Shown here piece after piece: positions 1 through 9,791 of a stretch of 64,000 nucleotides of DNA. A model generated the notes under the pieces. It did no database searches. It had not been told where the DNA came from and saw only the letters and a list, made by a program, of their open reading frames with translations. Source of the DNA: Gammaproteobacteria bacterium. Its GTDB lineage: Bacteria; Pseudomonadota; Gammaproteobacteria; Eutrophobiales; Eutrophobiaceae. Position numbers and translations under genes: made by a program. The first letter of the stretch is position 1. Each line of letters opens with the position of its first letter. The stretch lies in assembly GCA_963422205.2 (NCBI GenBank), contig CAXMWX010000001.1:512001-576000 (forward strand), in the 5' to 3' direction.

Positions 1-1
1 A

Positions 2-1459
2 CTCCAGAAACTCTTCGATATCCAGGTGCCAGGTTTCCAGATAAGCGCACACCGCTCCCTTGCGTTTACCGCCCTGATTGACCGCAACAGCGGTGTCATT
101 GGCGACTTTCAGAAACGGCACCACGCCCTGTGATTTCCCGTTGGTGCCCCTGATGTGCGCCCCCATGGATCTGACCCGGCTCCAGTCATTGCCCAGGCCA
201 CCGGCGAACTTCGATAGCAAGGCATCGTCTTTGATCGCGCTGAATATGCCGTCCAGATCATCAGGCACCGTGCTGAGGTAACAGCTCGATAGCTGCGGCC
301 TGCAAGTACCGGCATTAAACAGGGTGGGCGTTGAACTCATAAAATCAAACGAGGACAATAATTCATAGAAGGCGATCGCCCAGGTCTCCCGGTCGGTTTC
401 ATTGATGGCCAGCCCCATGGCGACACGCATGAAGAATATCTGTGGTAATTCAAAGCGGATGCCATCATCGGTATGGATGAAGTACCGATCGTATAAGGTC
501 TGTAAGCCGAGGTAGGTGAATTGCTCATCTCGCCTGGGCTGCAAGGCTGCTCCCAGGCGTTGCAGATCGTATTTCAGCAGCTCGCCATCGAGCAGCCCCA
601 GGGCAACGGCCTTCTCCAGGTAGAGGGGCAGGCTCAAGGGGTATTGCCTGTCCATCTCGGCCTGGGTGGCGTTTGTCTCTTGATCGTTGAGAAAACTCAG
701 CGCCTCATGGCGCAAGCCGTCCAGCAGCAGGCGCGCCGCGACATAGGTATAATCCGGTTCTTTTTCGATCAGGGTGCGGGCACTCATCACCAGCGCCGGG
801 TTGACATCGGCCTCTTTGACGCCATCGAACAGATTACGCAAGGCATCATCAATAATCAGGTGGCCGGCAACAGAGGGCAGTTGATCGCAGGCCTCATGCA
901 CGATGGCGATCAGGCGGTGCATATCCAGCGGTTTCAGGTGGCCATCTTTGGTCATCACGTTGATGACCCGGCCGGTGCCGCTCAACTCAAGCTCTTTTGC
1001 CAGGGTCTGTTTTTGGGCCTGTTTCTGTCGCTCCCGTGTGCGCTCCTCCCGGTAGATGACATAGGCGCGGGCAATTTTCTGCTCGCCAGCACGCATCAGG
1101 GCGAGTTCCACTTGATCCTGGATGTCCTCTATGTGGACAGTGCCGCCACTCGGCATACGGCGGGTGACGGCCTGGATAGTCTGTTCGGTGAGTTCGGCGA
1201 CTTTTTCATGTACCCGTCTGGAGGCCGCCGCGGTGCTGCCCTCAACCTCCAAAAACGCCTTGGTCACGGCCACGCTGATCTTGCTGCCATCAAAGGTGGT
1301 CACCTTGCCATTGCGGCGAATCACCCGGTACTCGCCTGGTTGATGCACCATCAATTCGCTGGCCGGTTTCTCCGGCACAGCTTGTGCGTTCTCAACAACA
1401 CATACATCGTCAGAATGCGTCTCTACGACAGACTCAACAACTGCTTTTTCACGCTGCAT
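2..1459 (-). CDS. nrdA: Ribonucleoside-diphosphate reductase alpha subunit (class I), N-terminal half; runs off the left window edge
   Basis: Manual minus-strand translation from ATG 1459 (AGGAGG RBS just upstream): MQREKAVV...VIRRNGKVTTFDGSKI (ATP-cone)...LQTLYDRYF...SSTPTLFNAG..PQLSSCYL...GGLGNDW...VNQGGKRKGAVCAYLETWHLDIEEFL. Not in the ORF track because the stop lies outside the window. Confidence 0.96.
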   Translation of the reverse strand, partial: MQREKAVVESVVETHSDDVCVVENAQAVPEKPASELMVHQPGEYRVIRRNGKVTTFDGSKISVAVTKAFLEVEGSTAAASRRVHEKVAELTEQTIQAVTRRMPSGGTVHIEDIQDQVELALMRAGEQKIARAYVIYREERTRERQKQAQKQTLAKELELSGTGRVINVMTKDGHLKPLDMHRLIAIVHEACDQLPSVAGHLIIDDALRNLFDGVKEADVNPALVMSARTLIEKEPDYTYVAARLLLDGLRHEALSFLNDQETNATQAEMDRQYPLSLPLYLEKAVALGLLDGELLKYDLQRLGAALQPRRDEQFTYLGLQTLYDRYFIHTDDGIRFELPQIFFMRVAMGLAINETDRETWAIAFYELLSSFDFMSSTPTLFNAGTCRPQLSSCYLSTVPDDLDGIFSAIKDDALLSKFAGGLGNDWSRVRSMGAHIRGTNGKSQGVVPFLKVANDTAVAVNQGGKRKGAVCAYLETWHLDIEEFLE

Positions 1460-1599
1460 GAACCCCTCCTGTGGCCGTTTTTTCTCTTGCAGTTTGTCCT
1501 CTTGCCCCCAAGCGGTTTATGCCCATGCCGCCATGCGAGAACGGCAGGGTAAAACCTTAATAAACGGGATGAGGTTTGTTAGCTAAGACGTTTATAACA

Positions 1600-1647
1600 C
1601 CACTACAAAATGTGGTCAAGCACTATTTAAGCTACTATATCTTGTGG
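1600..1647. promoter_or_regulatory. Tandem NrdR boxes upstream of nrdA
   Basis: CCACTACAAAATGTGG (1600-1615) and CTACTATATCTTGTGG (1632-1647) match the NrdR consensus acaCwAtATaTwGtg, 32 bp apart, upstream of nrdA. Confidence 0.85.
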
Positions 1648-2001
1648 ACTGAAGGGTGATTTCCGGTTGGGTTTCCTGTGGATATCCTGCGGAAAAACCG
1701 GTACAGGCGAGCTGTTGCAAGGCATCAATTACCTGTATTTGAGCAGTTATACGGGCTGATATTTAAGGGCAAAAGCGGGCGGGCTGTGCAAGGTACTTTA
1801 ACATCTGCCATCGTATCCGTCTTCGAGTCTCAGGCCATCTGGCCGCGGCGGCCACAGAGCACCTGATGCTGTTTTTGCACTTGTATTTTTTCGATCATTT
1901 TTATCGGGTAGCGGGGCGGATGTTTGTTACTATTTTAATGCGGTTGGAAGCGGGCTGCCAAAGGCAGCGAAAATACCAGGCAACATGACGAGGAGCGTAC
2001 C

Positions 2002-3753
2002 ATGTCGATAGAGATCAGACTGCCGAATATCGGTGATTTTACCGAAGTAGCGATCGTTGACTTACACGTTAAGGCAGGGGACAGGCTACAGCGTGATGCG
2101 CCGATAGTGACCCTGGAGAGCGACAAGGCCAGCATGGAGATCCCGGCAGAACAGGCCGGTACGATCCGCCGGGTGCTGGTGGCGGTGGGCGATACAGTCT
2201 CGGCAGGGGCGCTGTTGCTGGAGTTGGAAGAGGCACCCGATGCACCGGGTACGGATCAGCCGGCAACCGATGAACCCGTCGCTGATCAACTGGCGAGAGA
2301 GGCGCCGAGACAGAGCAAGGGGGATGTTGCCAGCGATATGTACGCCGAAGTCGTGGTGCTGGGGTCTGGTCCGGGTGGGTACACGGCGGCCTTCCGGGCG
2401 GCTGATCTGGGCAAGAAAACCGTATTGATAGAGCGCTATCCCTCATTGGGCGGGGTCTGCCTGAATGTCGGCTGCATCCCGTCCAAGGCGCTGCTGCATG
2501 CGGCCAGGGTCATCAGCGAAAGCCGGGAAGCGGCGGCGTTTGGGATTGAGTTCGGCGCACCTGTCATCGACAAAGACAGGCTCAGGCAATGGAAAGACAA
2601 GGTTCTGCGGCAGCTGACCGGTGGTTTGACCGGCCTTGCACGGCAGCGGGGCGTGACCGTTATCCAGGGCACGGGCAGTTTCAGCGCCAGTCACCAGCTA
2701 CGCGTTGAGACCCCGGTGGGCGTTAAAACCATCGGCTTTGAGCAGGCGATCATCGCCGCTGGCTCACAGACGGCCATGCTGCCCGGCCTGCCTGATGACC
2801 CTCGCATCATGGACTCGACCTCGGCGCTGGCATTGCAAGACATCCCGGAGCGGCTGCTGGTCATCGGCGGCGGCATTATCGGGCTGGAAATGGCCACGGT
2901 GTACCATGAGCTAGGCAGCCAGGTGACGGTGGTGGAGATGCTGGACCGATTGCTCGCCGGGGCCGATGCCGATATCGTTAAGCCATTGCACAAGCGAATA
3001 CAACAGCACTATGCACATATCTATCTCAGCACGGCGGTCACCGGGGTGGTGGCGGAGCAGCCGGGCCTGCGCGTTGCCTTCAAGGGCGATGCGGCGCCGG
3101 CGGAAGCGGTTTTTGATCGCATCCTGGTGGCGGTCGGGCGGCGGCCGAATGGTCATCAGATCAACGCCGAGGCGGCGGGCGTGACGGTGAATGAGTCCGG
3201 CTTTATTCCGGTCGATGAGCAACAACGCACCGATGTGCCCCATATCTTTGCCATCGGCGATGTAACAGGCCAGCCCATGCTGGCGCACAAGGCGGTGCAT
3301 GAGGGCCGGGTGGCGGCGGAAGTCGTTGCTGGGCTAAAGCGTGCGTTTGATGCGAGGGTCATCCCCTCCGTTGCCTATACTGATCCGGAAGTTGCCTGGG
3401 CCGGGCTGACCGAGGCCGAGGCGAAGGCACAGGGGATAAACTATGGCAAAGGCGTATTCCCCTGGGCGGCCAATGGCCGCTCCTTGAGCCAGGGCCGCCA
3501 TGAAGGGCTGACCAAGCTGCTGTTTGATGCAGCCACTGACCGCCTTATCGGTGCCGGCATTGTTGGCCCCAGTGCCGGCGATCTGATTGCTGAGGCTGCC
3601 CTGGCCATCGAGATGGGCTGTGATGCCAGTGATATCAGCCTGACCATCCATGCACACCCCACGCTGTCTGAAACGCTGGCCATGTCAGCCGAGATGTTTG
3701 AAGGGACAATCACGGATCTGTATGTACCGAAAAAACAATCGCCACGGAAATAG
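2002..3753 (+). CDS. lpdA: Dihydrolipoamide dehydrogenase with N-terminal lipoyl domain
   Basis: Lipoyl motif LESDKASME, FAD motif GSGPGG, redox GGVCLNVGCIPSK, C-terminal HAHPTLSE. Confidence 0.96.
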   Translation: MSIEIRLPNIGDFTEVAIVDLHVKAGDRLQRDAPIVTLESDKASMEIPAEQAGTIRRVLVAVGDTVSAGALLLELEEAPDAPGTDQPATDEPVADQLAREAPRQSKGDVASDMYAEVVVLGSGPGGYTAAFRAADLGKKTVLIERYPSLGGVCLNVGCIPSKALLHAARVISESREAAAFGIEFGAPVIDKDRLRQWKDKVLRQLTGGLTGLARQRGVTVIQGTGSFSASHQLRVETPVGVKTIGFEQAIIAAGSQTAMLPGLPDDPRIMDSTSALALQDIPERLLVIGGGIIGLEMATVYHELGSQVTVVEMLDRLLAGADADIVKPLHKRIQQHYAHIYLSTAVTGVVAEQPGLRVAFKGDAAPAEAVFDRILVAVGRRPNGHQINAEAAGVTVNESGFIPVDEQQRTDVPHIFAIGDVTGQPMLAHKAVHEGRVAAEVVAGLKRAFDARVIPSVAYTDPEVAWAGLTEAEAKAQGINYGKGVFPWAANGRSLSQGRHEGLTKLLFDAATDRLIGAGIVGPSAGDLIAEAALAIEMGCDASDISLTIHAHPTLSETLAMSAEMFEGTITDLYVPKKQSPRK

Positions 3754-3886
3754 CCGCCGAGCCAGGCCCGCACCGCCCCTGATAAAGCGGCCGCAGGATG
3801 TGGCATGAGCGATGATGTGGGGGGTGTCCACTCATGCGGGCAGGGAAGCCGGATGGATAGATAGCCAGAGCGTGCAGCGTATCGCC

Positions 3887-4807
3887 TTATTTCTGTGTCA
3901 GCCTGTCATATCGCCGATCGAACACGAACCTGTCCGTTGCGCGTCTGACGGGCGGCTTTATCTTTGGTCGGCCTTTATGCAGCTTGCCCAGCGCATAGCC
4001 CTGGACCTGGGCGGCACGGGTGATGAGGGTATGTTTCATCAGCCAGCCGCCGAGCAGCACCAGCAGGCTGGCAACCAGGCCCAGGGGTTTCGTGTAGGCC
4101 GGGAACAGGGCGATGAATAACAGCAACAACAGCGGTATCAGATTAGCGCTGATCACATACGGGCGACTGATGTCCTCAAGCGCATTGATTGCCTTTATCG
4201 GTGCTTTGCCAGCGGCCAGTCTGTGCCGGTATTTGAACCAGTTGATCAGGCGCAGGATCGACAGCGAGATCAGGGCATAAAGTAGCCCGTTGTTTTCCTG
4301 GTCAGTGAAGATCAGCAGGATCAGCAACAGCGCGGCACCTTCCGCCAGGCCGGTCAAGACGATCAGCGGCACAACCATCGGCTCACGCCAGGCCACAATC
4401 CCCCGACTGGCACGCAGGATGAACCCCTGACAACACAAAAACACCAGGCCCAGGACGCCAGCAACGGCGATGGCGGCGGGCAGTTGCCAGATAAGGCCCG
4501 GTATGGCGATTGCAAACAGGACGACTGCCACGCTGGCCTCACGGGTCATCCAGGAGGTTTGCGGATGAAAAAATACGTGCAGGAAACGCCAGGGGCGGCC
4601 TATCTCCAGCCAGACGCACAGCAAACCGACACCGAGCAGCGCAAGCGCCAGCAGACCAGCGGGTCTGAGGGGCACCGCTTGCAACGAGGTGATGGCCAGC
4701 ATCAGCATCAGCGCCGCCCCACTGCCAGCGAACATGAAGTTAGCGGCAGCGCGCCCGTCCCATTGGCTTTGCTGGACGTTGCCGAAGCTGTTTGTGAACT
4801 TACTCAT
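3887..4807 (-). CDS. padD: DmsC/NrfD-type membrane anchor, PadD-like
   Basis: Multi-TM protein with WDGRAAANF and EIGRPWRFLHVFFHPQTSWMTRE; third gene of a Mo-enzyme/FeS/anchor operon. Confidence 0.75.
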   Translation of the reverse strand: MSKFTNSFGNVQQSQWDGRAAANFMFAGSGAALMLMLAITSLQAVPLRPAGLLALALLGVGLLCVWLEIGRPWRFLHVFFHPQTSWMTREASVAVVLFAIAIPGLIWQLPAAIAVAGVLGLVFLCCQGFILRASRGIVAWREPMVVPLIVLTGLAEGAALLLILLIFTDQENNGLLYALISLSILRLINWFKYRHRLAAGKAPIKAINALEDISRPYVISANLIPLLLLLFIALFPAYTKPLGLVASLLVLLGGWLMKHTLITRAAQVQGYALGKLHKGRPKIKPPVRRATDRFVFDRRYDRLTQK

Positions 4808-5471
4808 TTACCTGCCCCTCGGGCGGCTCCTGATCCCAGAGATAATAAAACCCCGGCTCAGTGCCCAGCTCGGCGTGCATCTGAAACCAACTGTTCTCGG
4901 CCAGCAACTCAGAGACATTGCTGTTCTCATCTTCAATATCGCCAAAGCTCAAGGCATCGGCGATACAGGCATTCACACAGGCGGGCGTTGCCTCCGGGTC
5001 AATGCCGGGCGTTAAGCCCTGTTCCACGCCAGCATCCACCCGGTCAGAACAGAAGGTGCATTTTTGCGCCACGCCCAGGCGCCCCTCATCAAAGCGCCTG
5101 GCCTCGGCTTCGGTGGGTTCAGCACCGTAGGCGAATGCCGGTTTGTCTACCTTATAGCGTGCCTGGTACGGGCAGGCGACTGTGCAGTAGCTGCAACCAA
5201 TACACAGATCGTAATCAATGGTGACGATGCCATCCTCACGCTGGCCGGTGGCCGTGCTCGGACAGACGTGCATGCAGGGCGGATCAGCACAATGCTGGCA
5301 GCCGACCGGGATAAACAAGCGCTCTACATCCGGGTACTCGCCCCATTCCACATCCAGCACCTTGCGCCATTGCACACCGGGCGCCGTGGCATTGGTGTGT
5401 TTGCAGGCCGCCGTGCAGGTCTGACACCCCACACAGCGGTTCAGATCGGCAATCATGACATAGCGCGTCAT
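4800..5471 (-). CDS. padC: 4Fe-4S dicluster (DmsB-type) subunit, PadC-like
   Basis: CVGCQTCTAAC, CQHCADPPCMHVCP, CIGCSYCTVACP, KCTFC...PACVNAC; overlaps both neighbouring genes. Confidence 0.8.
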   Translation of the reverse strand: MTRYVMIADLNRCVGCQTCTAACKHTNATAPGVQWRKVLDVEWGEYPDVERLFIPVGCQHCADPPCMHVCPSTATGQREDGIVTIDYDLCIGCSYCTVACPYQARYKVDKPAFAYGAEPTEAEARRFDEGRLGVAQKCTFCSDRVDAGVEQGLTPGIDPEATPACVNACIADALSFGDIEDENSNVSELLAENSWFQMHAELGTEPGFYYLWDQEPPEGQVNE

Positions 5472-8215
5472 TGCCCGGCCCCGATGCGGGTGACATAGAC
5501 CTTGGTGCCATCAATGCTGGCACCGCCGCCATCCAGATAGTCCAGCCCCATCGGCACCAGGGCGTTCAAGCCGGGGCGTTTTAAGTCCCTGGCGAATGGC
5601 ATCTTCCACTGGCCGAACTGGGCCAGCATGACCACCACATCCGGGCGCACGCCCTGACGCAGCCGGGCATGGCCACGGGTTGAATTAACCGGCGAGGTGA
5701 CGGCGATCAGATCGCCATCGGCAATGCCCATGGTCTCGGCGACATGGGCATTCATCACGATGCCATCATGGCCGAAGACATTATCGGCCACCTCTTGGAT
5801 CATCTGAATGCCGACATTCGACCCCCAGGCGTACTGCATGGAGCGCCCGGTCAGCAGCCAGAAAGGAAAATCCGATGCCTTGACGCCATGGTTGCGTTCG
5901 ATCAACGTATCCCAGAGGGCATTCAGATCGGTAAAATGCGGCAGCGGCTGGTATTCGGCCAGTTGCTTGTCCCACCAGGTGACGCCAGTCTCATGCAGGC
6001 GATTGGTCAGTTGTTTTCCCATGCGGTAGTAACGTTCCTGATAGGGTAACTCAAACCGCAAGCCCATATCCTCCAGTTTGTGGTACAGATACCAGTTCAG
6101 GCGTGAGTAGGGCCGGGTCTTAAAACCGTGCTTTCTGAACCAGTCCAGATCAAGGATCTCCTCGCCGCCCGTGAGATCATGGCTGGCGGCCTTGCTGACG
6201 GCATTCCAGATCGCCTCCTGGCTATGTTCCACATCACCGGCCAGGGAAAAATCATAAGAATCGCTCTTTAACGGGATCCCGCACCCCCCATCATTGATGA
6301 CCGCATTATACGCCGCCAGCAGGTCGGTGCGCCGGGCCAGTTCATTGGCAATCCAGCTAAAGTCCTTGGCCTCATGCAGGGGCGGGATCACGGCCTGACG
6401 CAGGGCCCAGCCCTCGGACTCCCAGTGGTTTTCAAAATAATGCCCACCGCCAATGCGATGCAGCTGATCGCTTTCCAGATCGGTCGCCTCGGGCAGGATG
6501 ATATCGGCATAGTGATTGGTCTCATCCAGGGTATAGGCAAAAGCAGCAATGAAGGGGAACTCGGCCATCGCCACACCCAGGCTGTCCGTCTCGGAATGTG
6601 AGATAGCCGGGTTGCATTTGTAGATAAACCAGACATCAGGCGGATGAGGCCGCGGCCAGGAATCAGCCGCCCGGCCTTGCAGCCGTAGCCAGGCGAGTGT
6701 GGTTGAGCCGAATAGCTGTGCGCCCATTTTATCCCCGCCCATGGGCGTTAAGGCATCATGGGCATGACGGGTGAAGGGGTTGGCATTCCAGCCGGCCTTA
6801 TCCGTGGCGGTAAAGGTGTGCATCATAAAGCCATCCTCACCGGCGGCCACGGTCAGCGAGCGCTCCCAGTCGGTATCGCCGGCGATGTGGGTGGTGCTGC
6901 CCAGCATACCGCCAGGCACTTCCAGCGCACCGACCAGCACCTGCATCAGGGTGTGCGCCCAGACGCATTCATAAGCGCCCCAGCCGTTGTTGACCGACTT
7001 GCCCAGCACGGTGGCGACCGGTCGCAATGGCAACGTGCGGCCATCGACGATCTCGGTCTCGCCAATGTGTGCATGGGCGATAAAGTCCTTGACGATGCGC
7101 CTGATGGTAGCGGCGGGGACTTCCGAGAGCCGCTCGGCAAACTCCGGCGTTGTCCTGGCAACCTGCTGCCGCGCCTTCTCAAGGCCGGTCTCGCCCAGTG
7201 CGGTGTGGTGTTGCCAAGTCTGCTCATCAGCGCCGATTTCCAGGCAGTCGGTCACGGTGAAGCTGCCCAGCAGGGCCGGGTCTGTATCGGCGGTATCGTA
7301 AGGAACAGCCATGCGGGTGTTGTTATCCCACAGCAGCGGCTTGTTGCTTTGTGCATCACGTAAATAAAATCCGTGCGGCCCGACCAGATAGGGGGCGGCG
7401 GTCATGTTTTTCAGAAAGGCAACATCCAGTTGCACAATCGGAGTCTCATGCAGCATGACGTGCAGCATGGCGAACAACACGGCGTTGTCGGTCTTGGTTT
7501 TGATGGGGATCCATTCGGTGGCATTGGCGCCGGTGACGCTAAGGTGAGGTTCAAACTGAATCCGTTGCATACCGCGCTTGCGCGCATCGGCATGACGGCG
7601 CACACCCGTCACGCCACCGGAAGCGTCAATATTGCTGCCGAATGAGATCAGGTAGTCACAGCGCGGCGTGTCGGGCAGGACGGTGAAGGCGCGATGCCAG
7701 AGCTCGCCGAACATGTGTTCGGTGTGATAACACTTCACCGTGCCGCCGGCGCCCAGGCTTTGATCAAACGGCCCCCAGGCAAACAGCAGGCAGGGGAAAG
7801 AGCCCATGTACTTGAACGGGGTGGCCGCCCCGCCCGTGGTGAAGGCCAGCCTGGGGTTACCGTGCTCATCCAGCAGCCCCCTGGCCCTGGCGGCGTTCAG
7901 CTTTGAGGCCACGATATCCAGCGCCTCATCCCAGGTGATCTCTACCCAGCCGGGGTCCTCATCACGGCCCTTCTTCGGGTTGCTGCGCTTCATCGGGCGT
8001 TTGATGCGGTGCGGGTTATACAGCTTCTGCACCAGGCCGAAGGGTTTGACACAGACCTTGCCGTCCGCCGGGTGCTCGCCTTTAAGGTCGAAGTTCGGCC
8101 CGATCTGGGTGGCGATGCCATCGATTACCTCTACAGTGAGCAGATCCGGGCCGTTGACGCACTGATAGCAATAGGTGGAGAGTCTTTTTGTATGCTCTTT
8201 GATGACTGCTGACAT
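5468..8215 (-). CDS. padB: DMSO-reductase-family molybdopterin oxidoreductase, PadB-like (phenylacetyl-CoA:acceptor oxidoreductase large subunit)
   Basis: TYCYQCVNGPDLL...HPADGKVCVK..LVQKLYNPHRI..PMKRSNPKKGRDEDPG and KCYHTEHMFGELWHRAF resemble PadB as recalled; no Tat signal. Confidence 0.75.
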   Translation of the reverse strand: MSAVIKEHTKRLSTYCYQCVNGPDLLTVEVIDGIATQIGPNFDLKGEHPADGKVCVKPFGLVQKLYNPHRIKRPMKRSNPKKGRDEDPGWVEITWDEALDIVASKLNAARARGLLDEHGNPRLAFTTGGAATPFKYMGSFPCLLFAWGPFDQSLGAGGTVKCYHTEHMFGELWHRAFTVLPDTPRCDYLISFGSNIDASGGVTGVRRHADARKRGMQRIQFEPHLSVTGANATEWIPIKTKTDNAVLFAMLHVMLHETPIVQLDVAFLKNMTAAPYLVGPHGFYLRDAQSNKPLLWDNNTRMAVPYDTADTDPALLGSFTVTDCLEIGADEQTWQHHTALGETGLEKARQQVARTTPEFAERLSEVPAATIRRIVKDFIAHAHIGETEIVDGRTLPLRPVATVLGKSVNNGWGAYECVWAHTLMQVLVGALEVPGGMLGSTTHIAGDTDWERSLTVAAGEDGFMMHTFTATDKAGWNANPFTRHAHDALTPMGGDKMGAQLFGSTTLAWLRLQGRAADSWPRPHPPDVWFIYKCNPAISHSETDSLGVAMAEFPFIAAFAYTLDETNHYADIILPEATDLESDQLHRIGGGHYFENHWESEGWALRQAVIPPLHEAKDFSWIANELARRTDLLAAYNAVINDGGCGIPLKSDSYDFSLAGDVEHSQEAIWNAVSKAASHDLTGGEEILDLDWFRKHGFKTRPYSRLNWYLYHKLEDMGLRFELPYQERYYRMGKQLTNRLHETGVTWWDKQLAEYQPLPHFTDLNALWDTLIERNHGVKASDFPFWLLTGRSMQYAWGSNVGIQMIQEVADNVFGHDGIVMNAHVAETMGIADGDLIAVTSPVNSTRGHARLRQGVRPDVVVMLAQFGQWKMPFARDLKRPGLNALVPMGLDYLDGGGASIDGTKVYVTRIGAGQ

Positions 8216-8697
8216 AACATCTGCCCCTCAATCGTTTATTTTGCCATTTATTTTTCCTTGCGCTCGCCTGCAACCGGCAAAACGCCTGCTGCATCCATCG
8301 TCAATCGTGATAATGCCCCTGTGGTGCTGTCATAAAACCGGCCATTCCAATATCCACAAAGGAGGCTGGAATTGTAGCACCTTTGGCATGGTGCAGCACG
8401 GCTTGCAGGCGAGATTAAAAAGCCAGTATTGACCCCGATGACAGGCAACCAGGCGATGAGGGTGGTATAGATGGCAACGCCCATGTTGAGCAAAAAACCG
8501 AGGCCCTGTGCATCACCTCATTCAGGCCATGACTGCAAAACTTCATGCCTGTGATGAACGATTGCTATTCACAGCAATGACTTTACTACCAGCGCATGAT
8601 AGTATTTTCCAATGCGGGACAAGGCGAGAGATTCAGGGTGATGAATAGCAAACAGCAGCAGACCAGGACGCCCGACAAAACTCAGAATAAATAACAC

Positions 8698-9705
8698 ATG
8701 CCCCATCACATTGAATCTATCGCCATCTGCATCCCCACCTTCCGGCGACCGCAGCCGTTAGGCCAGTGCCTGGCCTCCATCGGGCAGTTGCAGTTGCCCG
8801 AACAGATCAAGGTAATCGTGATTGTGGTGGACAATGATGTCGAACAATCCGGGCGCGATGCCTTTGATGCGGCCGCTGCCCGGCTACCGGTCGCCGCCCA
8901 TTATCATGTCCAACCAGAGCGCGGCCTGGCCGCCGTCAGAAATGCCCTGCTGGAACACGCCCTGGCACAGCAGGTGAGTCATATTGCCTTTATTGATGAT
9001 GATGAACAGGTGCATCCAGCCTGGCTGCTGAAGATGATCGATGCCCTGCATCGTTATCAGACCGATATCATTACCGGGCCGGTCATCCAGATGTCAGCAT
9101 ATTCTCCTGCCCCCAATCCCCCCCTCCCGAATGCGTCCAGCAACAAAGTCACGCATCAATCAATAGGGATAACTCTCCTTAACTATTTGCTTATCTGCCC
9201 GAATGCGTCCAGCATCAACATCACGTATCAATCAGGCGATACCCCCAGACGCATTGGCACGAACAACGTCTTGTTCAGCATGCGGCTGGTCTCTGAATTG
9301 GGATTGCGCTTTGATCCCCGCTTTAACTTTACTGGCGCTGAGGATATGGATTTCTTCGAGCGTACCAGAGCACAGGGCGCCACCGCGGCATGGCTGGCCG
9401 AACACCTGGTCTTTGAGAGAGCCGTGCCAGCCAGAGAAACGCACCGCTACCTGATCTATAAAAGCTTCGCCATTGGCGTGGGTGGCGCGCGGTTCTACAG
9501 GCGGCATTATGGCATCGTGCGGGTCTTTCTGTATTTCACGCTGCTGGCCATGGTAAGATCCATTCAGGCGATGCGGCATCTCTTGCTGGCGATCATCACC
9601 TCCCCCGCCCGCCATGCGAATGAAGCTGCGTGTCAACTGGCGCGCATCGCCGGGCTTTTTTGCGGCCTGGCAGGCATCACCACCGAGCCTTACCGCTATG
9701 ATTAA
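8698..9705 (+). CDS. Family 2 glycosyltransferase (ExoM-like)
   Basis: ICIPTFRRP, VVDND, RGLAAVRN, AFIDDDE, FDPRFNFTGAEDMDFF motifs; carries a 24-aa internal insertion. Confidence 0.88.
   Translation: MPHHIESIAICIPTFRRPQPLGQCLASIGQLQLPEQIKVIVIVVDNDVEQSGRDAFDAAAARLPVAAHYHVQPERGLAAVRNALLEHALAQQVSHIAFIDDDEQVHPAWLLKMIDALHRYQTDIITGPVIQMSAYSPAPNPPLPNASSNKVTHQSIGITLLNYLLICPNASSINITYQSGDTPRRIGTNNVLFSMRLVSELGLRFDPRFNFTGAEDMDFFERTRAQGATAAWLAEHLVFERAVPARETHRYLIYKSFAIGVGGARFYRRHYGIVRVFLYFTLLAMVRSIQAMRHLLLAIITSPARHANEAACQLARIAGLFCGLAGITTEPYRYD
9126..9234 (+). repeat. 37-bp direct repeat flanking a 35-bp AT-rich insert (72-bp period, in frame)
   Basis: Copies at 9126-9162 and 9198-9234 match at 33/37 positions; insert at 9163-9197. 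Confidence 0.85.
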
Positions 9706-9791
9706 GCGCCGTTATGTACGATAAGAACACGCATCACACGGGCATGTAGAGGCGGCGGCCATTGACCTCAAATAAGTGAATGCCATCAGTG

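Noticed and set aside
521-1552. 343-aa plus-strand ORF
   Set aside because: Antisense shadow of nrdA, which is the real gene on the minus strand.
2231-2300. About 30-bp imperfect tandem repeat in lpdA
   Set aside because: Encodes the ordinary flexible Ala/Pro-rich linker after the lipoyl domain.
8380-8410. Sigma-54 promoter near padB
   Set aside because: GG-to-GC spacing does not fit -24/-12 and it is on the opposite strand to padB.
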